In this document: positions 27,375-36,609 of the stretch, piece after piece
How the letters are laid out: the number at the start of each line of letters is the position of its first letter
Position numbering within the stretch: the stretch's first letter is position 1
Origin: an uncultured bacterium
GTDB taxonomy: Bacteria; Patescibacteriota; Minisyncoccia; Phycocordibacterales; DATDWN01
Assembly (NCBI GenBank): GCA_903861205.1
Contig: CAIOTC010000020.1
Span: 39,976 to 103,975 of the forward strand
Length of the DNA: 64,000 nt
Reading direction: 5' to 3'
Notes under the pieces: model-generated
Database searches by the model: none
The model's input: the letters and a program-made list of their open reading frames with translations, nothing else
What the model was told of the DNA's origin: nothing
Made by a program: the position numbers and the translations under genes

Positions 27375-27566
27375 ATGAAAGCAACAATATCACCAGTGGA
27401 CTTGGAAAAGTACCTCAGCGGTATCAGCTATCCAGCCAACAAACAGATGATCATACAGAACGCCAAAGGCAAAGGAGCCAGCGGAGACGTGTTGGGCGCG
27501 TTAAACGGTCTTCCCAACAGGGAGTTCGCCGACAGCGCTGACGTTTCCGATGAACTCGAATCCTGA
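27375..27566 (+). CDS. DUF2795-like small protein
   Basis: 63 aa with the ...YLSGISYPANKQMIIQNAK...VLGALNGLP...F... pattern typical of DUF2795. Confidence 0.5.
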   Translation: MKATISPVDLEKYLSGISYPANKQMIIQNAKGKGASGDVLGALNGLPNREFADSADVSDELES

Positions 27567-27667
27567 TTTTACGGAAAGGAACTAAGCCAAAAAAATATCG
27601 TGAAATAAAACAAGAATCCTCCTCGCGGGGATTTTTGTTTTAAGATTTTGATAGCATAATGACAAAA

Positions 27668-28462
27668 TCAGTAGTATTTTTTTATGTTGGCTTGGTGGCC
27701 GGCGTATGTTGACGAGCAGTGGATCACGCCTTTTTTGTCGTGCAAATAATACAGGCAGGAAGTTTTTTGCGGATTGTAAGCGGCGTCGAGCGCGGCCAGT
27801 CCGGGATTGGCGATCGGCGTCGGCGGCAGTGACGGATACATGTAGGTGTTGTAGAGCGAATCGATTTTCTTGTCCGCCGGTTCCACTGTCGGCCACCAAC
27901 CGTCTTCCTCGGAACCTTTGGCGTATTGCAGAGTGGCGTCCATTTGCAATTTCATGCCGGAAAAAAGTCGATTCCAAATGATTCCGGAAATTAATTTCAT
28001 ATCGCTTTTGCCTGCTGCTTCGCGCTGAATAATGGAGGCGATTTTGACGGCCGTGTCCTCGCTGATGATTTTTGTCGCTTTCGGTTTGGGCACGGTTTTG
28101 ATTTCTTTTTTGTATTCGGAAAGCATCGTCTGGCTGACATCAACCGGACTGTCATCTTTGTTTATCATGTAACTTTTCGGAAAGTAATATCCTTCCATAC
28201 TGACGAGGCCGAGCGCGATGTGAGCGTTTTCAAATTCAACTTTTTCGCTTGGATCCCAGCCAAGTTTGTCGCCCATCAGATCGGCGATTTGTTCTTTGCG
28301 CAAACCTTCCTGAACTTTGACGATTCGCACCGACGGGTTGGCCAGGTTTTCGTAAAAGGAAAGGGAAGCCAGATCGTTCCAGCCGAAACCGTAATAAAAA
28401 ACAAGCGCGCCTAAACTTCCTGCAGCGATAAAAACTAAAATAAAAACGTGTTTCCACTTCAT
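27668..28462 (-). CDS. mltG: endolytic murein transglycosylase MltG (YceG family)
   Basis: N-terminal TM helix and the YceG motifs EGYYFP, ...IIQREA..., LQMDATLQY, NTYMYPSLPPTPIANPG. Confidence 0.8.
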   Translation of the reverse strand: MKWKHVFILVFIAAGSLGALVFYYGFGWNDLASLSFYENLANPSVRIVKVQEGLRKEQIADLMGDKLGWDPSEKVEFENAHIALGLVSMEGYYFPKSYMINKDDSPVDVSQTMLSEYKKEIKTVPKPKATKIISEDTAVKIASIIQREAAGKSDMKLISGIIWNRLFSGMKLQMDATLQYAKGSEEDGWWPTVEPADKKIDSLYNTYMYPSLPPTPIANPGLAALDAAYNPQKTSCLYYLHDKKGVIHCSSTYAGHQANIKKYY

Positions 28463-28528
28463 ATATTTTTATGATAACATACTTGAGAAGAATTTAAAAT
28501 TTAGAATTTAGAATTTAAAATTGAACCC

Positions 28529-28753
28529 ATGAGTATAAAAGATTATTTGATGAAAAAAATGTTAGCGTCGAAATTAAAAGATGTTCCGCAAGTCGAGCAA
28601 GATAAAATGTTTGCCATGATCGAAAAAAATCCGGACCTTTTCCAAAAAATCGCGCTGGAAGTTCAGGAAGAAATGAAACTCGGCAAAGATCAAATGTCCG
28701 CCACCATGTCCGTGGTCAAAAAATACGAGGAGGAGTTGAAGGGGGTGATGTAA
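28529..28753 (+). CDS. hypothetical protein (74 aa)
   Basis: Helical Lys/Glu-rich ORF. Confidence 0.3.
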   Translation: MSIKDYLMKKMLASKLKDVPQVEQDKMFAMIEKNPDLFQKIALEVQEEMKLGKDQMSATMSVVKKYEEELKGVM

Positions 28754-28817
28754 GTGGTCATTTACATTAAATTGATTTTATGCTTGTATATAGTGGGAGT
28801 TATTTGAAAACAAAACT

Positions 28818-29591
28818 ATGACAAAAGCAAAAATTCTCTTGATCCATGGCTGGAACTACGCGAACTACACATCCTCTGGACGTACAGATGCATGGTCCAA
28901 CCGTTCAAAGTTTGTGCTCGCCCTGTCACAACATTTCAATGTCGTGACGATTAATTTGCCTGGATTTTGCGGACAGCCAGATCCGGAAAAGCCTTGGACA
29001 TTGGATGACTACGTCAACTATGCTGGAGAAATTATCGAGAAAGAAGAATCAAGTTACATTTTAGGATATTCTTTTGGTGGGGCGATTGCTCTGCGATGGA
29101 AAAAACAAAATGAAGGAAACGGAGTCAAAGCTATTTTGGTTTCTCCGGCGATTCTTCGCAAATACGAACACTCGGATTTGAGCCTTCCGCAGAAGATTCT
29201 CAAAAAGATTCTTCCCGGTGTGCCCATCTCTTTGCTCCGGGATTTTTACCTGACACAAATAGTCAAAAATCCTTACTATTCAAAGGCAACGAGAGTGATG
29301 CGCGAGACGTATCGTAACATTGTTGCTGTTGATTTGAGGAATGATTTGCAAAGTATTTCCGAACCGTTAACTTTAATTTATGGTGGAAACGATTCGGCTA
29401 CACCTCTGGCCCTAGTCAGGGAGGCTTTAGGTGACTCGGAAGTGCACCATGACCTATATGTCATTTCTGGTGGCGGACATGACATTGCGAATACCCACAC
29501 CGACGAACTAGTCGATCTAATCAAAAAAGTAAAGGAGGATGACGATGAAGCTCAGTCCACAGACATTTCTTCAGATTATCCAGGATGCTAA
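28818..29591 (+). CDS. alpha/beta hydrolase
   Basis: GYSFGG nucleophile-elbow motif, C-terminal His (GGGHD). Confidence 0.6.
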   Translation: MTKAKILLIHGWNYANYTSSGRTDAWSNRSKFVLALSQHFNVVTINLPGFCGQPDPEKPWTLDDYVNYAGEIIEKEESSYILGYSFGGAIALRWKKQNEGNGVKAILVSPAILRKYEHSDLSLPQKILKKILPGVPISLLRDFYLTQIVKNPYYSKATRVMRETYRNIVAVDLRNDLQSISEPLTLIYGGNDSATPLALVREALGDSEVHHDLYVISGGGHDIANTHTDELVDLIKKVKEDDDEAQSTDISSDYPGC

Positions 29592-30918
29592 GTGCGTTGG
29601 GCTACGCAATGTTGAGGATTTTGATATCCTCAACATTGCACACTTGAAACGATTCGAGTCTTTCTCTCCACAAAGTAAAATTCTCTACTTTGCGGTGTAT
29701 GAAGATGATCCCGAAAAATTTGGCTGGTATAACAAACCATTTGACCGGACGCTAAATATACAAAAACTGGGCGTTTACGAGAATTTTGTTTTTGTGGTTG
29801 ACGACAGAATTTCTGACGAACAACTTATCGGCATTCGCTACATTCGCGTGGATAATATCTATCACGCGATAGAGAGAATTTGTCGACATGTTGTTTTGCA
29901 AGTTAATCCACAAGTAATTGGGGTGACTGGCAGTGTCGGAAAAACTACTGGCACAGCACTCATTCAGGGTGTATTGGATAAAAAATTCAGTTGTGGAAGA
30001 ATTTACTCAAAACGTCTGACTCCACTAACTTTATCCTCGTGGCTGGTCAATTTTCTTGAGCCGGAGCACCAAGTCTTGACTTTGGAATACTCGATGTATC
30101 GAAAAAATCACATCGACATTTTGACTGACATATTGAGACCGGATATTAGCGTGTTTATGAACATCAAAAGAGTGCATCTTGGTGTGCAGGGAATAAATAC
30201 GCTGGACGATATTGTGGATGGCAAACGAGCTTTGGTCGACAAATCTCGTGTGGCTTTGCTTAATATCGATGATACTCGCATCTCTCGACTGAAAAGAAAA
30301 GGTGATTTTGGGTTTTCTCTGTCCAATCAGAGAGCGGACGCTTTTGTGTCAATTGCTGGCGATGAAGCAATGCTTGTTTTGAATTACACGAATCAAACCT
30401 TACGATTTGCGCCTTACATAAAAACGAGTTTGTTTTACTACCAGGCCGTTGTCGCCGGACTTCTTGGGGCGTATCTTGGAGTTCCAGCAGATTCAATTGC
30501 CGAGGCTCTGGGAAATTTTAGGCCGGCGGAAAACAGAATCAACTGGCTGGACATTTTCGGCCAACAGGTTTTGTTTGATGGCGATGTCACAACCAGCGGA
30601 CGAATGTCGTCTCTCTCCGAGCACCACTACTCAACCAGTCTGTTGATGATCCATAGTTTTGATTTTGGTGAGGAAAATGTCGACTTGCAAGTCGATGACT
30701 TCAACCAAGTTTTTTCAAAGTTTGACGAAGTTAGGGTTCTGGATACAGAGAAAAATAGAACTGTTGTTTCGAGACATTCTTTTAGAAATATCATTTTTAC
30801 ACAAAAGAATGACTTTCTTTCAGACCTCTCGAAATTTGAGTTCAAAGTTCTTCACTTCGCAATTTATTTTAGGAAACACAAAGATTTAAGTTTTCTAAAT
30901 GAGTTTATAGCCGCTTGA
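29545..30918 (+). CDS. Mur ligase family protein (MurF-like paralogue outside the dcw cluster)
   Basis: P-loop VIGVTGSVGKTT and a Mur ligase central domain. AAGGAGG is 6 nt upstream of the ATG at 29545. Overlaps the preceding gene by 47 nt. Confidence 0.55.
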   Translation: MKLSPQTFLQIIQDAKCVGLRNVEDFDILNIAHLKRFESFSPQSKILYFAVYEDDPEKFGWYNKPFDRTLNIQKLGVYENFVFVVDDRISDEQLIGIRYIRVDNIYHAIERICRHVVLQVNPQVIGVTGSVGKTTGTALIQGVLDKKFSCGRIYSKRLTPLTLSSWLVNFLEPEHQVLTLEYSMYRKNHIDILTDILRPDISVFMNIKRVHLGVQGINTLDDIVDGKRALVDKSRVALLNIDDTRISRLKRKGDFGFSLSNQRADAFVSIAGDEAMLVLNYTNQTLRFAPYIKTSLFYYQAVVAGLLGAYLGVPADSIAEALGNFRPAENRINWLDIFGQQVLFDGDVTTSGRMSSLSEHHYSTSLLMIHSFDFGEENVDLQVDDFNQVFSKFDEVRVLDTEKNRTVVSRHSFRNIIFTQKNDFLSDLSKFEFKVLHFAIYFRKHKDLSFLNEFIAA

Positions 30919-30956
30919 GTAATATCGAGTGGTTATTTTTTATGAAAATAATAACT

Positions 30957-31028
30957 TAAAAAACTTATGCACAAAAATTGTCCAGTCGGTATTGCTTTGA
31001 CTTTCCGCAAAGTTGTATAATTAAAGTG
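30957..31028 (+). promoter_or_regulatory. conserved promoter cassette A: aaaaaacttatgcacaaaaattgt ... tttccgcaaagttgTATAATtaaagt
   Basis: About 80% identical over about 70 nt to cassette B at 36538-36609. Contains the palindromic ACAAAAATTGT and an extended -10. Confidence 0.6.
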
Positions 31029-31063
31029 AAAACATTTACTATTTTTGAACTTAATAAATTTAT

Positions 31064-31666
31064 ATGGAAAACAATCTTGAAAATGTCGGGCAAACAACTC
31101 AAGCCGTTCCGAAAACAAACGGCGCCAAAAAAAGTTTGCTTGTCGCGCTGATTATTATCGTGGTCGCGTTGGCTCTGGCCGGCGGCTGGTATTATTGGAC
31201 GAGCAAAGCCAAGATGGCCAAGTCGACGCAGGTTGCCCTTCAATTGGCCGTGAACACTCCGGCCCGGACGAATATCACGCTTGCTTCTCTGGTGGGGGAG
31301 TCGAAAGTTGTTTTTCCGGATGTCGCGAAGCTTTTGCCCGTTGACCCGAAAAAAATGTCGAAAGAAAATAACGATTTGATTTTGCCGAACGCCGCGCAAA
31401 TCAGCATGAAAAATCTTTCATATGTCGACTCTCAAACAGGATTTTTTATAACATATCAAATCGCCAGCTCATCCGTTAAAGATTTTATGTCGTCGATCTC
31501 GCGTTTCGGCCAGGGAAAATGGCAGGTGACGGGCGGTTACTCTTCCAACTTCGCTGCCGTTCTCGATTTGCAAAACACCGTCTCCGGCGCGCTCGGCCAA
31601 GTCAAATATATTTTGTCCGGAACCGTAGGGCAGGTTGCCGTCAAAACCTTGGATAAAGTGAAATAA
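31064..31666 (+). CDS. membrane-anchored hypothetical protein (200 aa)
   Basis: Single N-terminal TM helix (LLVALIIIVVALALAGGWYYW). Precedes the 776-aa secreted protein. Confidence 0.5.
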   Translation: MENNLENVGQTTQAVPKTNGAKKSLLVALIIIVVALALAGGWYYWTSKAKMAKSTQVALQLAVNTPARTNITLASLVGESKVVFPDVAKLLPVDPKKMSKENNDLILPNAAQISMKNLSYVDSQTGFFITYQIASSSVKDFMSSISRFGQGKWQVTGGYSSNFAAVLDLQNTVSGALGQVKYILSGTVGQVAVKTLDKVK

Positions 31667-31700
31667 TGATATTTTAAGCCGTCTTTTTGCGGTTTTAGTG

Positions 31701-31747
31701 TTGACTTGCGTTGCAAGATGTTTCCATTGTATAATAAAGTCAGGAGG
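31701..31747 (+). promoter_or_regulatory. promoter of the 776-aa secreted protein gene (tttccattgTGTATAATaaagt plus AGGAGG), same TTTCC..TGTATAAT..AAAGT type as cassettes A and B
   Basis: Sequence similarity to 31002-31028 and 36582-36609. Confidence 0.5.
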
Positions 31748-31755
31748 TTTTCGCC

Positions 31756-34086
31756 ATGCAGACGAAGACGGTTTTTCGGTTCTTTGTCATTGCGTTTTTT
31801 GCGTTTGCCGCCTTGCCCTTGTTTGGGCAGGTGGTGTACGAAGAAATTCAGATGCCAGTCAACTCCCTTGTGGGAAGCGTTGGAGTGGATGACTCGAATA
31901 ACTTCTGGATGTCGGGTGTTCAAAGCTTGAATGGTTCCGGATCCGGCAGATTGATTTTCGAGTTGGATCCAACCAAAACCATGGCTTCTTTTCTGGGATT
32001 TGCCGACGGGTACAATTCAAGGAAGCAAGCTGGGGCGACATACGTTTTCTACAATTCTTTTCCGCCCAAAGGGCCTCAAAATTTGTTCGGACAGAATGTG
32101 GATTCTTTGTCGCTTGTAACAACTCCGACCAGCTGGGTGTACGTTGGCCATTACATGGTGAACGTGTACCAAGCGGTTAACGGAGGCGTGAATCTTGTCT
32201 GTTCGGATTACACAATAGACGGAAATCCGAACCAGAAACCCACAGATCTTGTTGCCGGACCGTTCTCGAATACGGACGGGAGTTATTTTCTGTCTGGATT
32301 TGTGAATGCAACTCCGAAACTTTTCCAGCTCGGGGCACAAGGATCCGGCGGGCAATGCGATCTCAAAACCGTTCTGACGAGCGATCACCAGATCATCCAG
32401 GCCTACAGGCTTGGAACGGACATTTTGGTTGAAGAGTTGGCAACACCGACTCCAAACTCGCTCAATCTTCTGACGGAAATCGCGGTTTCCGCCAAAGGCG
32501 GTCCGCTGACCGTTTTGCTCGGACCCGTAGGGGACAACAATCCGCAGATCTTGACCGGCAGGAGCTCTGTTGACCTTTCGGTCGATCAGAAAACCAAAAC
32601 GGCCGTGATCACATATGCCGACAACACTGGCTTACACGCCATGTTGTGGCCTTCAATGCGCGAGTTTTACTCCAGCGCAAACGATCAGTCGGCGACCAAA
32701 CTGGCAACCGAGATTCGGGGGGTGTATTTTAATCCTCCATACATGATTCTCGGTGGCAACCCTGTCAATATAGGATTCCAGAGTAGCAAGGTTATTTTGG
32801 CGAACACCGATACTGGTGCAACATACCCTGTAATTGACAGCTCGACGGTGATTGACGGACTCAATGCCAAACTGTTTCCGTACAGCGTTTTTGCAGTCAC
32901 ATCAACCGGTTTTGTGGATTTTGTTGTGTATAATTCAAATTATCCAACTGATCCACATATACACACCTTTCGAGCCCAGATCCCTGGTGTCTCCCAATTC
33001 CCACCGACGACAGTCAGCAGCTTCACCGCCGACAACCTGTCGGTCACGGAAGGCGACGCTGTCACACTCGCTTGGAACACGACAAATGCCAACTCGGTCT
33101 CGATCGACAACGGCGTCGGCTCGGTTTCTGTTTCGGGGACGGCGCAAGTTGTTGTCAGCGGGACGACCACGTTCACTTTGACGGCTACTGGCTATGGCGG
33201 ATCTGCCACGGCCACGGTGACTGTCACGGCAACGCCGCGCAAACCGGCCATCAGCAAATTCTCTCTTTCCACGGGCGAAGCAACATCAACCGTGGCCCAG
33301 GGCAGCGTGCTGAGTGTGCTCGGAACGAACATGTGTGGACTGGTGACGGACATCACGTACGAAGTCGAGATCATTGCCACCATCCGACCATTGCCGTACT
33401 CAATCGGCGGTTGCCGGATGAGAATCACCGACGCAAGTGGCAACACCAGCTACCTGCCGATGAAATTCGGCATCACCTTCGCCACATCCACTCCGCCGCA
33501 TCAGTCGCAATCCAACGGGCAGATTCCGTGGAGTCAGACTCCCGGTGTTTACCAGTTGGTTGTCGAAAATCGCAATTGGGCCACCGACGCCTACGTGAGC
33601 GAGACGGATCCCGTTTCGATCACTGTGGTTCCGGTCAACCCTTCGCTCAACCGCGCAAATGACGGCACGAGCGATCCGCCGCTTGACATGACCGACGGAT
33701 CCGGCGCATCTGTCACGCCGAAAAATCCCGCCCAGCCCGGCGGAATGTTCCTTGCAAAGGGAACCGGCTTCGGCCAACCGACTGTGCCTCTTCCCGCCGG
33801 TATGGCGCCAGCAGATATTCACCTCTCCGACTGGGACAACATCCAGTCGCCGGCTGAAATCTGGGCGTATGTTTCGGAGGGCGGCAACTGGAACATGCAC
33901 CAACTGCCGATTCAACTCGCGGTCATGGACCCGAGCGACATCGGCACGCAGATTGTTGTGTTCGCCGTTCCGGACGATGTTAATCCGGACGCCGGCCAGC
34001 AAAACGCTTTCATGTTTTTCAAAATGGCAGACGGGACGACAACCCCGATCAAAGGGTTCCCGCTGTCGCCAAAGGTGGTGAAATGA
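31756..34086 (+). CDS. large secreted protein (776 aa), Gly/Thr/Ser-rich beta-domain protein with an Ig-like domain
   Basis: Signal peptide MQTKTVFRFFVIAFFAFAALPLFGQVV. Ig-like segment PTTVSSFTADNLSVTEGDAVTLAWNTTNANSVSID...TATGYGG. Confidence 0.7.
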   Translation: MQTKTVFRFFVIAFFAFAALPLFGQVVYEEIQMPVNSLVGSVGVDDSNNFWMSGVQSLNGSGSGRLIFELDPTKTMASFLGFADGYNSRKQAGATYVFYNSFPPKGPQNLFGQNVDSLSLVTTPTSWVYVGHYMVNVYQAVNGGVNLVCSDYTIDGNPNQKPTDLVAGPFSNTDGSYFLSGFVNATPKLFQLGAQGSGGQCDLKTVLTSDHQIIQAYRLGTDILVEELATPTPNSLNLLTEIAVSAKGGPLTVLLGPVGDNNPQILTGRSSVDLSVDQKTKTAVITYADNTGLHAMLWPSMREFYSSANDQSATKLATEIRGVYFNPPYMILGGNPVNIGFQSSKVILANTDTGATYPVIDSSTVIDGLNAKLFPYSVFAVTSTGFVDFVVYNSNYPTDPHIHTFRAQIPGVSQFPPTTVSSFTADNLSVTEGDAVTLAWNTTNANSVSIDNGVGSVSVSGTAQVVVSGTTTFTLTATGYGGSATATVTVTATPRKPAISKFSLSTGEATSTVAQGSVLSVLGTNMCGLVTDITYEVEIIATIRPLPYSIGGCRMRITDASGNTSYLPMKFGITFATSTPPHQSQSNGQIPWSQTPGVYQLVVENRNWATDAYVSETDPVSITVVPVNPSLNRANDGTSDPPLDMTDGSGASVTPKNPAQPGGMFLAKGTGFGQPTVPLPAGMAPADIHLSDWDNIQSPAEIWAYVSEGGNWNMHQLPIQLAVMDPSDIGTQIVVFAVPDDVNPDAGQQNAFMFFKMADGTTTPIKGFPLSPKVVK

Positions 34087-34156
34087 GCCAGCTACCCTGC
34101 TTCGTTCTCACCAATTGTACTTTCGCCAAGGAGCTTCACTCCCCGGCATTAAGAAA

Positions 34157-34196
34157 CCGGCCACCGCCTCTCACGAGACGCTGGCCGGATTTTTTG
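34157..34196 (+). terminator. rho-independent terminator after the 776-aa protein gene
   Basis: ccggcca...tggccgg followed by attttttg. Confidence 0.6.
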
Positions 34197-34225
34197 TGGA
34201 AAAAATCGGAAGAATTTTTATAAAT

Positions 34226-34885
34226 TTATTTTGAATTTATATATTTAACGAATTCTTTTTCCATTATTTCTATATTACTGCCAAATATTTTTTCAAAATT
34301 TTTGCTGAAATTGTCATAGAAGTAGTTTTTTTCCAAGGTAAATATGAGTTCACGAACTTTTTCAATGGAAAATTCTTTAACTAGAAAACTGACAAACATC
34401 TGAGAAATTTTGTAGGCGTAATAGTTTGAGTTTTCATCCCAACACCTCGGAGTTCCAAGTTTCTTTAAAAATTTTTCCTCAATATATATATATTCATCAG
34501 AAATATTGAATCCAGCGACAAAAGAAGAAAATCCTTCATTTAGCCACTTTGGTATTTTATGTCCACCAGAAAGAATATCTAAGAATACGTGTGAGATTTC
34601 GTGTTTTAATATCGAAAGGAATTCATTTTTTTCGTGAGTGCTTTCTTTTGCCATGCAGTCTGGATGCAAAATATCGATATCACCTGAATAAGATGCATTT
34701 GCAACTTCCCATTCAAGAGTTATTCTTTTTAATTTGTTCTCGAAATCCTTTCTTGATTTATGCACAGTAATGTTTATACTTTCTGGTTTTTTATCAAAAA
34801 ATTTCTCCGCTTCTTGATAAGCAGTAGATGCCATTTTTTCTATTTCATTATAATCTTTACCTTTGTAGACTATATTTATTTTCAT
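34226..34885 (-). CDS. HExxH zinc metallopeptidase (gluzincin-like: HEISH...NEGFSSF), candidate leader peptidase of the adjacent RiPP-like cluster
   Basis: 219 aa with HEISHVF and a downstream NEG glutamate ligand. Very AT-rich. Lies 65 nt downstream of the precursor-peptide gene on the same strand. Confidence 0.6.
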   Translation of the reverse strand: MKINIVYKGKDYNEIEKMASTAYQEAEKFFDKKPESINITVHKSRKDFENKLKRITLEWEVANASYSGDIDILHPDCMAKESTHEKNEFLSILKHEISHVFLDILSGGHKIPKWLNEGFSSFVAGFNISDEYIYIEEKFLKKLGTPRCWDENSNYYAYKISQMFVSFLVKEFSIEKVRELIFTLEKNYFYDNFSKNFEKIFGSNIEIMEKEFVKYINSK

Positions 34886-34902
34886 AAAATTAAATTATCG
34901 CT

Positions 34903-34942
34903 AAAAAATAAGGCGAGAGAGTCTAGCTAGAACCCTCTCGCC
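34903..34942 (-). terminator. terminator/attenuator hairpin between the precursor-peptide gene and the metallopeptidase gene (minus strand)
   Basis: On the minus strand: ggcgagaggg-ttctagctagac-tctctcgcc followed by ttatttttt. Confidence 0.55.
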
Positions 34943-34949
34943 TCGTCGG

Positions 34950-35102
34950 CTACTTGTTGCACTTGTTGTCACATGATTGGCAGTTGACGCACTGGCAACT
35001 GCCGCCGGAAGTGAGTCCGATCGAGTTGACAAGCTCGGCAGACTGCTGAGAGCGGTTGATAACCTCGGCAGAGTTCACAAAAAACTTCTTTGTGTTTTGC
35101 AC
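34950..35102 (-). CDS. RiPP precursor peptide, 50 aa: MQNTKKFFVNSAEVINRSQQSAELVNSIGLTSGG|SCQCVNCQSCDNKCNK (double-Gly leader plus Cys-rich core; SCIFF/ranthipeptide-like)
   Basis: Not in the ORF track because it is under 60 aa. GTG start 8 nt after AAAGGAGGA. Lies 18 nt downstream of the radical-SAM gene stop. A terminator hairpin follows the stop. Five Cys in the last 16 residues after a Gly-Gly. Confidence 0.55.
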   Translation of the reverse strand: MQNTKKFFVNSAEVINRSQQSAELVNSIGLTSGGSCQCVNCQSCDNKCNK

Positions 35103-35120
35103 GGATACTATCCTCCTTTC

Positions 35121-36428
35121 CTATTTAAGGATAACTCCGCTGTTAAAAAGTGTCAATACGACCTCAATAATATCACTGGCGTCTAAACCAGTTTCCTCTG
35201 TAATTTCAGCTGAGGAAAAGGTTCTTTTTTGGACCATAAGACGAACAAGTTGAAAACCATCGTGCGTCAAAAATTGGACACTAGTTCCAACATAGGCGAT
35301 TCCGCCAAAACTTTCCTCTCGCAATCTGGTGAGGGAATTTATTTCAACGCGTTCTTCCAACAAGATTTTTCCAAATTGTTTTTTCCGATTGGGCAACTTC
35401 GCCACTCTTTTTGGGTTGAATATGGGCAAAGACATGTACATATCTTTACCATTATAACTACCGTTTGTTGTTTTTGATGACATACGACAACCACCTTCGC
35501 ATATTGTCGTAGCTGAACAATTTATACACTCTGTCGGAAGCATTGATTCCTCCGACCACGGACTCATATTTGTCCAAATGGCGGAAAAATCTTCTTGAAA
35601 AACGTTACCGAATGATTTGTCGGCATGTATGCATGGCCTGACCATTCCAGTTGAGGAAATGGCGCATGATGTTGTGGCCGCGGAACATATTCTGTTGCCA
35701 AAAAAGGATAAAAAATCATCCTCATCGTTTTCATTAAATAAGCATCTGGCTATGGGTTCCAGCGTGTCGACGCTTATTCTGAAAGTTTGTTCTACCAAAA
35801 GAAGATTTCTCAGCGCAGATTTGCATTCTTCACCACTCAAAACAAAAGGTAAGTTTGACTCATGCGATGGAACCATTGGGGTTGCACAGAAAGTTTTTAC
35901 TCCTAGATTGTTAACAAGTTTGCCTACCTCAAACACTTCACTAAGGTTGAGCTTGGAAACGACCATATTTGTAGCTACCAATATACCCGCTTTAACCAAT
36001 TTTTCTATTCCTTTTAATGTTTGCGGGAATCCACTTTTAGTTCCTGTTATGAAATTGTGCGTTTCTTCTTTCCCGAGTATAGAACATAGAACATGATCAA
36101 GACCTTCATCTTTTAGTTGCTGAGCGGCGTCCGAAGTGACTAAGGACGCGTTGGTGTTTAGCCCAATTTCCATCCCATATTCTTTGGCTTTTCTGAGTGT
36201 CGGAAACAACACACCTGGTCTCAAAAGCGGTTCGCCGCCAGTGAGGGTAATGGCACTAACGCCATATTTTGCCAGAGTATCAATAACTCTCAAAAAATCT
36301 GTGGAGTTCAATTCTTGTTTGTCGCTTTTTGTGTCGTACCTCCAGTAGTTGTAACAATGTCTACATCTAAAATTACAACTCTCGGTCAATTCAAGTTGAA
36401 CATCGACAGGACCGGATAAGCGTTTCAT
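35121..36428 (-). CDS. radical SAM/SPASM-domain peptide-modifying enzyme with a C-terminal PqqD-like (RRE-like) extension
   Basis: CNFRCRHC (Cx3Cx2C), GGEPLL, Cys-rich SPASM region (CSAATTSCAISSTGMVRPC, CINCSATTICEGGC) and a C-terminal tail ...ITEETGLDASDIIEVVLTLFNSGVIL. Confidence 0.85.
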   Translation of the reverse strand: MKRLSGPVDVQLELTESCNFRCRHCYNYWRYDTKSDKQELNSTDFLRVIDTLAKYGVSAITLTGGEPLLRPGVLFPTLRKAKEYGMEIGLNTNASLVTSDAAQQLKDEGLDHVLCSILGKEETHNFITGTKSGFPQTLKGIEKLVKAGILVATNMVVSKLNLSEVFEVGKLVNNLGVKTFCATPMVPSHESNLPFVLSGEECKSALRNLLLVEQTFRISVDTLEPIARCLFNENDEDDFLSFFGNRICSAATTSCAISSTGMVRPCIHADKSFGNVFQEDFSAIWTNMSPWSEESMLPTECINCSATTICEGGCRMSSKTTNGSYNGKDMYMSLPIFNPKRVAKLPNRKKQFGKILLEERVEINSLTRLREESFGGIAYVGTSVQFLTHDGFQLVRLMVQKRTFSSAEITEETGLDASDIIEVVLTLFNSGVILK

Positions 36429-36537
36429 CTCGTCTCCTTTTAAGCCAAATGGCTTGCAGATACCAGTTTTTCAATGTACTTTTTCTAAGACAAGAATACT
36501 GAGTGGTAGATCTTTTGTCAAGCACTAATTTTTTGAA

Positions 36538-36609
36538 GAAAAAACTTATGCACAAAAGTTGTGTGGCGGCTATTGCCACACATTTCCGCAACGTAGTATA
36601 ATTAAAGTT
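36538..36609 (+). promoter_or_regulatory. conserved promoter cassette B: aaaaacttatgcacaaaagttgt ... tttccgcaacgtagTATAATtaaagtt, 7 nt before the ATG
   Basis: About 80% identical to cassette A. The -10 lies 7 nt from the start codon at 36610, implying a leaderless transcript. Confidence 0.6.

Noticed and set aside
34977-35186. Plus-strand 69-aa ORF from the track in the peptide and rSAM-end region
   Set aside because: It overlaps the 3' end of the radical-SAM gene on the opposite strand and has no RBS. The minus-strand 50-aa ORF has an RBS, a terminator and RiPP-precursor features, so it is preferred.
36559-36609. Track start (MCGGYCHTFPQ...) for the Cys-rich protein
   Set aside because: The first 17 codons would overlap the -10 box and are not signal-peptide-like. 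The ATG at 36610 begins a canonical signal peptide, MDRSLKVYAKCFFVF....
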